A stretch of DNA of 63,593 nt, the filler included, from Octopus bimaculoides (taxonomy: Eukaryota), in NCBI RefSeq assembly GCF_001194135.2. It is 6 parts of 5 records of this genome, joined end to end, with 100 filler letters (N's around TTAATTAATTAA, not from the genome) between each part and the next. Parts side by side here need not be neighbours in the genome. Positions count along the whole stretch, not along the records: positions 19,559 to 40,804 come from NC_068990.1; 5 more parts are not named here. The stretch is one strand, 5' to 3'. The notes under the pieces were generated by a model. It searched no databases. It worked only from the letters and a program-made list of their open reading frames with translations, and had not been told where the DNA came from. Of this stretch, positions 25,059 to 36,528 are shown piece by piece. The first letter of the stretch is position 1. The number at the start of each line of letters is the position of its first letter. A program made the position numbers and the translations under genes.

Positions 25059-25289
25059 AAGGCAGCGAGCTGGCAGAAATGTCAGCATGCTGGGCGAAAT
25101 GCTTAGCGGTTTTTCGTCTGCCGTTACTTTCCGAGTTCAAATTCCGTCGAGGTCGACTTTGCCTTTCATCCTTTCAGGGTCGATAAATTAAGTATCAGTT
25201 ACGCACTGGGTTGATGTAATCGACTTAATCCTTTGTCTATCCTTGTTTGTCCCCTCTATGTTTAGCCCCTTGTGGGCAATAAAGAAATA
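25059..25289 (+). mobile_element. SINE family A, full length, 15-bp TSD
   Basis: TSD agaaactagctaatt at 25044-25058 and 25290-25304. Confidence 0.9.
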
Positions 25290-25719
25290 AGAAACTAGCT
25301 AATTTCAACACAATAATTTTCAATTTTTATAGTTTTTTTTAGATTTTAGTTTTCTTACTTTGTAATTTTAAGCTTAGGTTTTAATTTTTAATTTTCAATT
25401 TTAATTTTGAATTTTACATTTAAGTCTTAATCCTTTATCTCATATCATTTAATGACTATGAAGCTTGAAATACAATTTTAAATATCTGCACTAAACTATT
25501 GTCCTTATAATCTTACTTAGATTGGCCTTCCACCCCCACTCTACTGAAACTTCTTTGTTTGACCTCTAACCTCTACAATATCTTATTATTCTTTACTCTG
25601 TTACCTCTATTTTATTTTATTTTTATTCCCTTTTTTCCTCTCTCCCATACACTCACTCACAGAACCAATTTAAGACATATCTGTCATTACCTTAACTTTT
25701 ATTCTAATACTTTTATTAT

Positions 25720-25905
25720 TATTATTTTATGTTTGACTTTTGTTTTGCATTTGTACAAGTTGGATCCAAGTCTCACCCAGAGACCTCAAGAGACAACAAG
25801 TTAGAAGTTCATGTAGGTGTTATGCCTAGGGTACCATATATTTGGATTTGTACAGTTTTGTTCAAGTGAATGTTTAAGAAACCATAAGAAAATTATGTGT
25901 TTGCT
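25720..25905 (+). repeat. Dispersed repeat, inverted partner of 16590-16775
   Basis: See 16590-16775. Confidence 0.8.
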
Positions 25906-25928
25906 TTAAAATTTGAGATCACATAGAC

Positions 25929-25990
<62 letters not shown>

Positions 25991-26164
25991 NNNNNNNNNN
26001 NNNNNNNNNNNNNNNNNNNNNNNNNNNNNNNNNNNNNNNNNNNNNNNNNNATATGTATTTAAAAAAAAATAATAAATAAATAAATTCATGAATGGATGTT
26101 GTTTTCACAGTGATAATGCTCTTCTCAGTTCATGAGTCATTCCAGTTAACACGATTTTTTGCAC

Positions 26165-26218
<54 letters not shown>

Positions 26219-26307
26219 CATTTTATTCTTATTTTTCCCTATACCACTATCTTATTCTCAAATTTTTTCTCCTATCTCTCTTTCTCTTTTTCTCCTCTCC
26301 CTCCCTC

Positions 26308-26338
<31 letters not shown>

Positions 26339-26595
26339 TCTCTCCCTCATACACCTAATCACCAAACCCATTTATGTCCATCATATTTTCTCGCTCTATA
26401 TATACATTTACAATAGGTATACATCATTCAGAATACTGCCAAAATACTGCCTGGATTTACTGGGATTTTAACTAAAAATTTGCCTATATTATTCTAACTA
26501 CTTTTACTCTTTATCCTTCTATTTTATTCCTCATAAACTGTGAATTTTATTCCTTGTAAACTGTAAATTTTCCCCATTCAAGATATTTATACCTT

Positions 26596-26671
26596 GTCTC
26601 TGATGACAGAATACCCAGTGCATGGACATGCTAACCAACCACTTGGGTTGTCCCAGAAATGGCTGTAAGAC
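26596..26671 (+). ncRNA. Degenerate type-I hammerhead-like motif with long stem II
   Basis: gtct-CTGATGA-(49 nt containing the acccagtg/cacttgggt stem)-GAAA-tggct-GTA-agac. Confidence 0.4.
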
Positions 26672-26935
26672 TTCAAATTCACCTTACCCTAGTTAAATTA
26701 TTCTAAATGACTTGAGATACTCATTCTGCTTTGGTTTTGATTTCTCCTCTAATATAATATATACATGGAAAGCGGACGTTAAACGATGATGATGATGATG
26801 ATGATGCTATAATAGAACCTTGACACAGAGCCATAGATCCAGCCTTAGCAGTGATCTTGACACCTAATGGTCGACCAACTATAGCACCTAACCAGCATCC
26901 CTATTCTTTTAGATCACAAATGAATTAAGCCCTTC

Positions 26936-26966
<31 letters not shown>

Positions 26967-27495
26967 NNNNNNNNNNNNNNNNNNNNNNNNNNNNNNNNNN
27001 NNNNNNNNNNNNNNNNNNNNNNNNNNNNNNNNNNNNNNNNNNNNNNNNNNNNNNNNNNNNNNNNNNNNNNNNNNNNNNNNNNNNNNNNNNNNNNNNNNNN
27101 NNNNNNNNNNNNNNNNNNNNNNNNNNNNNNNNNNNNNNNNNNNNNNNNNNNNNNNNNNNNNNNNNNNNNNNNNNNNNNNNNNNNNNNNNNNNNNNNNNNN
27201 NNNNNNNNNNTGGAGAGATTCAAAGGATATAAATTAATTTATTAATTAATTAACATTGCCTACAATTGTTTCACTTCACACACAATTTAAATTACGAAAT
27301 ATATATAATAATATAAGTTTGTATTTTGAGTATCTTGGGTGGAAGATCTTCAGGGCAAAATGGACATTACAGAGTTTACATTTTAATCAGTTGAAATACT
27401 CCAAGAGACTAAGCAAATGAAAGTGTGTTTATTGTGTGTGTGTGTGTGTATGTGTGTGTGTGCATGCGATAACATTTTTATTTTTATTTATATAC

Positions 27496-27531
<36 letters not shown>

Positions 27532-27757
27532 AATGAATTAAAGTATATTAGAATAAAAATAAAGGATATAAATAAGGAAAATAATGGAATGTATTAATAA
27601 TAAAATAAATAATGAAAATAATGGAATATATTAATAATAAAATAAATAAAACGAAATAAAAGCTTTTATTTACAAAATATAGATGTCCATGGTCCACTTT
27701 GGTTTATGTGTGAGTGTGTACAACTAACAGACTAATCTTGGTAGTCAAAAACATTGG

Positions 27758-27837
<80 letters not shown>

Positions 27838-28978
27838 GTATGTATATGCATATCTCTCTCTTTCTCACTCTCTCTCTCTCTTTGTATATATATATATCTA
27901 TAATAATAAAAGCAAAAGTGAATATCAGTATGTCACACTTTTTCAACTTTACTCCTCGGACCCACTCTCTCACTATTCAATAACACTTCTACTATTCCTC
28001 ATGTTTTACCCCTCTCTCACTATTCAATGACCTCTCTACTATTCTTCATTCTTGGTGTTTTTCTTAATCCTAACATTTTGACAAAAATATTTCTCTAAAT
28101 ATAACTATTTCCAAAAGTAATTTCCAAAATAAACATTTTGAAAAAAACTTTCTCTAAATATTATAACTGGATCAAGTAATTTAACCATAACATCTGCTTC
28201 ATAACGTTCAGAACTGATTCATGTATTGAAATCACTCTTTCATATAATATTACCTTTCATAACTCTCTACCATAAAAATATTGGAAACTTAGTATTTTTT
28301 CAGATATTAATAAAATTTGTCGGACCTATTTTCATGTCGTCGGAGCTATGGAAACTTAGCGCACTCTGACTGCATGAAAATAGATTCGACTAATTCTATT
28401 ATTACCTTAAAAAGTACTAAAGAATATTAAATTTCAAACATCTTTATGGTCAAATACATTAAGAACAATTCCAAACCATAAAAATCACACTTTAAAACAG
28501 TGTTTAGCAACAGTGGTGTAATTTTCCTTCAAACTATGAACAGCTGTTTAGATACATATTAGCTACTACAAATAATTGTTTGTATGAAAAGTAAGGCCCT
28601 ACGTACATCAAATTGTCTGTAAAGTAAGTGGTGGCAGAAGAATTATCATAGAACTTTTAAAAGGTAAGTTTATTGTTGCCTACAGCCAGCTATATGCTGG
28701 TTGTTCAAGGGTAGGGAATAGAGAAAGCTATTTGTACTGATCCCGAATGGGAAGACACAATATGTTGTTTATCATGCAGCTTTGCAATAATTTCCATTTT
28801 GACAAATTATATCATTGCTTTGATGAAAATTGTTCGTTGCTTGAAAAATATTGTTGAAGTTTAATAAAATTTAATATGTACTCAATGCGTGGAGAGTCAT
28901 TGTTGGGTCCAAGGCCCAATGATGAGCATTCCACAGGAGCTAACTTAAAATCTGCCTGATAGGGTGGCTTAAAAGCTA

Positions 28979-29021
<43 letters not shown>

Positions 29022-29034
29022 TACATACATACAC

Positions 29035-29104
<70 letters not shown>

Positions 29105-29129
29105 GTCTATTATCCTATTGTCACATCAG

Positions 29130-29410
29130 CTTAAATGTAAAGATCCTTTCAACTTTATTGAAGTGTTTAAAATTGGTTGAGTTTTCACTAATTCCTTACA
29201 TAGAAATCTTACCTGTATAACTACAAAATACTTATGTAAAGAAATACTTTAAACTGATTCTGTAAATGAATTTTAAATTTTATTTTTAATGTTAACATCA
29301 GTAATAAATACTTCAACAAATATTTTGGCACAGCGAAATTTTAGAATTCACATCTTTGCTATTTTGCTACATCCATCACCTTCTACTATACCACAGCATA
29401 TATAAACATG
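29130..29410. repeat. Unclassified duplicate of 23270-23560
   Basis: See 23270-23560. Confidence 0.8.
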
Positions 29411-31924
29411 AAGGTTCTAATGTTGGTATGTTTAACAAACATCATTTTTATATATGGAAGAAAATTTTAGCCACTATATATTGGAATGCTACCTACTTTA
29501 ATAGTAGCTGTTTCAGTGGTTTTTGTTTATTTTGGTTTGTACAGAGCCTATGGATTTTATTATCATTAGAACAGGGTACTGCATATTGTGGGAGCTTGTT
29601 TTTTGCTTAATCACAATTTAGCTTTGATTGTTTCATGTTTCACAGCCAATGGAATTGGCAGAGCTACTGCACTGTATTGTAGAGTGGAAGTGACCTTTAT
29701 TGGAAAGTGGAATTAACAAAGATCCATCCATAGAATGCTATAACTCAACCAACAGTTTTGTATGACAATAAATCATAGAAAATGACAAGAAAGCTGGTCA
29801 AGAAGTGGGACACGTTTCAACATTAATGAATACAAAAGGTCCTCAAAGTTATCTAAGAAGACAAAATTACAAATGTAGAAATTCTTTTGTAAAGCAAATC
29901 TCAGTCACCACAAATCTTTGTGGCACTGCATTGATTTCTCCTTGCAGGTCGTACTATGTGTCTGCCAGCAAATTTGACATGCGAAAACTGAAATGTTGGG
30001 AACAGTGAAATAAGGAAAATGAAAAGAGTCAGCCCAAGAACATCTGGCAATGGACATTCCAGGAGGACTCCAAATGCATGAGTACCAAGTGGACAAAAGT
30101 GGCTTAAAATGCAGCAGATTGACTACACTGATGGAAGCTTGTTACCTTATGCATCTCACAATACAGAAGGACCTAAGTATATTTAAATCAGCCTTCGTTA
30201 AAAAGATGTAAGATAAAAAGTATTCCAAGTGTGATTACATTTTCCAGTGTATTGTTATCCTATTTTCAAAGACAGATGCTAGCATGCGATGTGAAGAAGA
30301 TTTCGTTGCCACTTTTATAAAGCATTTCCTTTGATTCTTCTATTGCTAGCATTCGACCATAATATATGAAATTGTTGCCAGTTTGGTAGATTTAGGTATG
30401 CAGAATAATAAAACTTTATTTATGAAGAGAATGAAATCACAGTTTGTCATAAGTCACAAATTTTCTGACTGAAAACTTGTCTCAAATAGTTGAAAAATTA
30501 TTATTTTTTTTGGATCATTTGTTGTTGCATCTCAGACTGACCTTGATTAAACAAACCTTTGATCACAACTATCTTAGTTGTGACTACATAGTTTTTGTTT
30601 CTTCACCAAAAGTGTATCAAGGACTGCACTTTCTTTTTTTTATGAAGTTCTGGTATGTGATTTGAGGGATATTTGGCAACTATTTCTAACCCCATCTTTG
30701 ACTTCCATTGACTAAAAATTGAAAATAATGAAGTATATTGCTAAGGGGGTTTTGCAACTTTCAGTATGAGAGAACAATGTTCACACTTTAAATTGCACCT
30801 GTATTAACTTTTTTTAAAAAAATAATATAAGTGTAAATTTCCCAAATTTGTAAGCTATCATAACCATAACAGCATTAATTTCCTTTTCAATAACAAATTT
30901 TAACCTTGTCAAATTATTAATACTAATCCAATGTAAAAGCATGAAATTAAATTAACAGGTAATATTAAAGTAACAGAAATGTTTCACCACCTCAAACAAT
31001 CCATCTCTTTCATCAAAATTATCAAATACCAGTAAGACACTTGAGAATGTTAGCTGACAATAAATCCTCCCACTCACAGACTTGATTAATGCTTAATCAA
31101 AAGAGAATATTTTTAATTACTGATTCACAATATTAAACGCTATTACATTATATCCCCTTCTTAGCTAAATACTGTTTCATGTGTATTTGAAATTTTCTGT
31201 TTGTTGCTTTTGTGTATGATAGAAGCATGTTGCACTTGTGGATCTAGATACTCAGACAGTGCTAGCTAACATCAATGTAACTTGGCACCACTTAAGAGGG
31301 AGCACAGCAATTATAAGGTGCCGAAATTGCTGAAGTGTCCAGTAAACAGTAAATGATGGAAATGTCCTACTGTGTTAGACTATAGTATAATATCACAAGA
31401 GAATAAAGCAGTATATTGATGAAGATAATAACACAGAGAAATATTGTAAATAAATGTTAAGAGTGAAATATATTGACATTGATGAAAGAATAATCTTAAG
31501 ACATTTATTTTGGTAAGGATGAATGAGAGTTGAAGCAAATATACAATTCAAAGATAAAGGAAAATTATGTAAGACATCACAAAATTTCAATGGATCTATT
31601 CTATATAATAAAAGACAAATGTCTGGTAAACAGCCCATCCCAGATTTTGCAACAAAATACATTTTTTTTTCTGTCATCATACTAAGTAAATCATCCGGTT
31701 AAGCAACTTTCTCAGATCAATGCAATTCCTCCATGCCAGACATCCTGACCAAGTGATGCATCGTTTACATCTGGTTTAGGTTTCAGTTACGTTGGTCTTT
31801 TGATAGTTGAAATATTTCAACTGTATCCACCATGTCTAGAGATGATAGCAATAGTTCACTAACAGAACTGGTTGATTCTGACAACAATTTGTTATCTGTT
31901 CATCTATTCAGAATCTGCCCATTG

Positions 31925-32977
31925 GCTCAGTATCTGTTCAGTATCTGTTCATCTGTTCAGTATTTGTTCATCTGTTCAGTATCTGTTCAGTATTTGTTCA
32001 TCTGTTCAATATCTGTTCAGTATCTGTTCATCTGTTCAATACCTGTTTTTCTGTTTAGTATCTGTTCAGTATTTGTTCATCTGTTCAATATCTGTTTTTC
32101 TGTTCAGTATCTGTTCATCAGTTCAGTATCTGTTCATCTGTTCAGTATTTGTTCATCTGTTCAATATCTGTTCAGTATCTGTTCNNNNNNNNNNNNNNNN
32201 NNNNNNNNNNNNNNNNNNNNNNNNNNNNNNNNNNNNNNNNNNNNNNNNNNNNNNNNNNNNNNNNNNNNNNNNNNNNNNNNNNNNNNNNNNNNNNNNNNNN
32301 NNNNNNNNNNNNNNNNNNNNNNNNNNNNNNNNNNNNNNNNNNNNNNNNNNNNNNNNNNNNNNNNNNNNNNNNNNNNNNNNNNNNNNNNNNNNNNNNNNNN
32401 NNNNNNNNNNNNNNNNNNNNNNNNNNNNNNNNNNNNNNNNNNNNNNNNNNNNNNNNNNNNNNNNNNNNNNNNNNNNNNNNNNNNNNNNNNNNNNCAGTAT
32501 CTGTTCGTCTGTTCAGTATCTGTTCAACTGTTCAGTATCTGTTCATCTGTTCAGTATCTGTTCATCTGTTCAGTATCTATTCATCTGTTCAGTATCTGTT
32601 CGTCTGTTCAGTATCTGTTCGTCTGTTCAGTATCTGTTCATCTGTTCAATATCTGTTCATCTGTTCAGTATCTGTTCATCTGTTCAATATCTGTTTTTCT
32701 GTTCAGTATCTGTTCATCACTTCAGTATCTGTTCATCTGTTCAGTATCTGTTCATCTGTTCAGTATCTATTCATCTGTTCAGTATCTGTTCGTCTGTTCA
32801 GTATCTGTTCGTCTGTTCAGTATTTGTTCAACTGTTCAGTATCTGTTCATCTATTCAATATCTGTTCATCTGTTCAGTATCTGTTCATCTGTTCAGTATC
32901 TGTTCATCTGTTCAATATCTGTTTTTCTGTTCAGTATCTGTTCATCACTTCAGTATCTGTTCATCTGTTCAGTATCT
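31925..32977. repeat. 19-bp minisatellite GTATCTGTTCATCTGTTCA (11+8 nt subunits), with internal N gap
   Basis: Direct reading; unit is not a multiple of 3, so the three overlapping long ORFs are artefacts. Confidence 0.9.
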
Positions 32978-33394
32978 AGAGATGTTTGCCATTGATTCAA
33001 TAAAATTCATTTGCTAGAATAGTTCCCATTCACTATACTGCATCCCATGAATTCAACTTACTCTGGCTTAATTAGTTACATGCTAATTAACCCATAGCTG
33101 GAATCCCAATGGCTGCTACTACTCCATATCAGTAGACTTGGGAACTATAACAGCTAAGAAGTGGTTCCATGCTTCTCAAAACATTAGAACTCCTGAACCA
33201 GGGCCCCATTAATGGATGCAACATAAAGGCATACTCAGGACACTCGGGTAATTAAACATGATGTAATACATTGTTTTATGCAGAGAAACTACAACAATTA
33301 GTTACTACAACAATTAATTATAGATTTTTCATACATTTTAAATTCATTTTAATTATTACAATATATTTTGCAAGGGACGTCAGTTCTTTTATTC

Positions 33395-33750
33395 ATTTTG
33401 TTATTTTACTTGTTTCAGTCATTTTGACTGCAGCCATGCTGGAGTTCCACCTTAAAGGGTTTTAGTTGAAGAAATTGACCTCAGGGCTTATTCTTTGTCA
33501 GCTTAGTGCTTATTCTATTGGCCTCTCTTACTGAACCACTGAGTTATGGACACATAAACAAACCAACATTGGTTGTCAAGTGACAGTGTGGTGGGGGAGC
33601 AAACACAGATACACACATAAATATACATATATGACGGGCTTCTTTCAGTTTCTACCTACCAAATCCACTCACAAGGTGCCACACAGTGGGACTGAACCTG
33701 GAACCATGTGTTTGGGAAGCAAGCATCATACCACACAGCCATGTCTGTGC
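33395..33750 (-). mobile_element. SINE family B copy
   Basis: Collinear with 3420-3822 (internal deletion). Confidence 0.8.
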
Positions 33751-33984
33751 CTACTTATTATCATAATATATTTTGTAAGGGACATCAATTCATTATAATT
33801 TTTAAATCTCTTCAACATTTCTACTTTTGTAGCTTAATTTTATTTACTATGTTTGACCACCAATTCAACTTAATTCGAATTTAGGGAGATATGGTGTTTG
33901 TTTCAGTCTATTCATAATTTGTATCATATATAACTGATAAAATACACTTTGCATTGTAAGGCTATTTAATATGTTGTTAAGTGA

Positions 33985-34300
33985 TAAGGTGGTGAGTTAG
34001 CAGAATCCTTAGCATGTTAAGGCGATGAGCTGGCAGAAACTTTAGCACACTGGGTGAAATACTTAGTGGTATTTCGTCTCCCATTATGTTCTGAGTCCAA
34101 ATTCTGCCAAGGTCAACTTTGCTAGTGGCATTTCAACCATCTTTATGTTCTGAGTTTCAATTCCACCAAGGTTAACTTTACCTTTCATCCTTTCAGGGGT
34201 CGATAAAATGAGTAACACTTGAACACAAAGGTCAATGTAATTGACTTACCCACTTCCACGAAATTGCTGGCCTTGTACCAACATTTGAAGCCAACATGTT
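33985..34300 (+). mobile_element. Composite/duplicated SINE family A
   Basis: Two heads (ggtggtgagttagcagaatc; ggcgatgagctggcagaaac) and two ttctgagt..aattc..ccaagg modules. Confidence 0.7.
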
Positions 34301-34744
34301 GTTAAGTTACTATTGGTTTGATTTTGGAGAAAATATCTCTAAAATATATTCTAAATGTTAATTATTCTGTTCATAATGAGTTTAATCTGTGTTGTTTATG
34401 TAAGAATGTATCTATTTAATTAATTGCTTATTCATTGTTGCTAAAGTTATTATCATTGTTGTTTATTTGTCTAAGGTCAGTTAGTGCAGACTTTGTGATC
34501 AGAAGTGTTCCAACCACTCTAGATTTGTTTTTTAAAAAGAAATCTACAAGTCCATCTATGAGTGCTTGTGAATCAGTGATCACATCTACAAGTGATGGTG
34601 TGAGTGAGTCTAGTGCAAATGAAAGTGATGCAGAAAATGATTATAATAATAACGATAATAATATTAATACTACATTTCTAAATCTCTCAGAGAGATTTAT
34701 ACAATAGCCGCACGATAAAGTGATGGTATGTTGTCAACTTAATG

Positions 34745-35049
34745 TGACAGTCCAATGAAAGGGAAGAATGCTACTGCTATTTTGCCCTAGGAAACACCGC
34801 TTCCTGTTGGCCATGACACATTTTCTATGTCCTTATGTTTTCAAAGGGGGAGATAGCAAGCCATGCTAATCCAGACTGATGATGAGCAATGACTCTGAAA
34901 CTAATCTCTGGATGCTGGCTTTGCAGGGTGGAGGTGCTTATCTCCACCTTTGAAAACATAAGGACACAGAAAATGTTTCATGGCCAACAGGAAATGGTGT
35001 TTCCTAGGGCTAAATAGCAGTAGCATTCTTCCCTTTCATGGGACTGTCA
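34745..35049. mobile_element. Fold-back element: ~114-bp inverted arms around a hammerhead-containing spacer
   Basis: 34745-34858 vs reverse complement of 34935-35049: 7 substitutions and 1 indel by eye. Confidence 0.85.
34869..34913 (+). ncRNA. Minimal type-I hammerhead ribozyme (slightly mutated)
   Basis: Stem I atccaga/tctggat (7 bp, perfect); CTGATGA 34876-82; stem II tGAG-caatga-CTCt; GAAA 34897-900; C-TA-A-TC; predicted cleavage after C34906. Confidence 0.7.
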
Positions 35050-35619
35050 TGATAATAATATATTTTATTATAAATGATCTCGATATTACTTTTACTTTAC
35101 ATAAAATATTTTGTACATTCTACTGTTGTTTTATTACCATTTATTTATAAGTACCATAAATTCTATAGGTAAAATATTTTTCTGGGAATGAATTACGATT
35201 TATAATATTGCTACTATGGGAAATTATTGCTCTACTTTATGAGTTTTTGCTCTATATGCAGTCGCCAGGAACAAATCAATTCATATATTGAGGCATTACC
35301 ATATTTATTACCAAATCAAGCAAACCCAGGATTTACCCATCAGATGAAATACATTAGAATTGCTTACCACAAATAATTCTAAGTGCCCTTTACTATTCAA
35401 TGTAATTAGCCATAACTTGGATTTTAATGAAGTGCTTGAACAGTATCTGCCTGGATATATTATCCGTGTTATAACCAGAAATGGCTCTGATGAATGTAGC
35501 ATTAACTTTTTTAGGTTGTTCAATTATTCTCAGTTGGTTAATAGACCATTTCAATAAACCTATCAGCAACGTACGTATAATGACTACTAGAAACAGCTGT
35601 AAGCCAAATTTGTATTCAT

Positions 35620-35870
35620 AAAGGGAAAATATGTAATGAACATTATTTATACCTTGTCTTATACATCACTCTGTGTAAAACCAGTTTGTCTGGAGCCCAC
35701 CCACAGATTTGCAGTACAGAATTGTAATGAACCATAACCTTGGACCCTACCATAAGAATACTTGGAGGTCTTCATTAATCTAAACAATACTGTTAGCCTG
35801 GTATGCCAACAGAGAGTTTATGGAGTATTTTGCCCAGATTGATAATCCCTTACTATTAGCTCTATTATAT
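35620..35870. repeat. Unclassified ~250 bp repeat, duplicate of 56175-56400
   Basis: Shared atcactctgtgtaaaaccagttt, atgaaccataaccttggaccct, gttagcctgg, gattgataat; both run into (TA)n. Confidence 0.8.
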
Positions 35871-35894
35871 ATATATATATATATATATATATCA

Positions 35895-36060
35895 CTACAC
35901 TCTGGAGTGGTTGGTGTTAGAAATGGCATCCAGCTGTAGAAACTTTGCCAGATCAGATTGGAGCCTGGTGCAGCCTTCTGGCTTGCCAGTCCTCAGTCAA
36001 ATCGTCCAACCCATGCTAGCATGGAAAGCGGACGTTAAACGATGATGATGATGATGATGA

Positions 36061-36065
<5 letters not shown>
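35895..36065 (+). mobile_element. RTE-type 3' tail/SINE inserted in (TA)n
   Basis: ggagtggttggtgttag...gcatggaaagcggacgttaaacgat(gat)n. Confidence 0.85.
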
Positions 36066-36101
<36 letters not shown>

Positions 36102-36429
36102 TATATATATAGTGGTGGTGGTGGTGGTGATGATGATTTGGTTGATAATTTTAGCCAGTAGGGTAACCATATAGAGTCCTTATTGGCTTGTGCAAATTCA
36201 AGTAATGGTTCATTAAGATCTTGAACTCACCTCAGAACTCTGAAAGGAATATGGCCACTGAAAGAATACGTGACTCTCACCCCTATTTTGTTTCTAGTTT
36301 GACTTATGAATTGGTAGTTTGTTGCTGCATGTTCATGAAATATAATGGAAACAGATATACTTTCATAATATACTGATTGTTACAAATGGAATAAGAATAT
36401 ACACTTTGAGAGTTGAAGGAGAAGCCACT

Positions 36430-36528
36430 TAAAATGGGTCCTGTATTAAAATGGGTCCTGTATTAAAATGGGCCCTGTATTAAAATGGATCCTGTATTAA
36501 AATGGGTCCTGTATTAAAATGGGTCCTG
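36430..36528. repeat. 17-bp minisatellite TAAAATGGGTCCTGTAT x5.8
   Basis: Direct reading; two single-base variant units. Confidence 0.95.

Noticed and set aside
29640-30400. Cys/Trp-containing stretch resembling decayed coding sequence
   Set aside because: Stops in all frames and no family motif I can identify.
31832-33017. 387/381/276-aa ORFs
   Set aside because: Translations of a 19-bp minisatellite plus N gap in three frames; no coding signal.
34435-34707. Ser/Asn-rich ORF resembling a transposase N-terminus
   Set aside because: Low complexity; no diagnostic motif.
35262-35376. Possible terminal exon RQEQINSYIEALPYLLPNQANPGFTHQMKYIRIAYHK
   Set aside because: Acceptor-like site, but no recognisable homology or linked exons.
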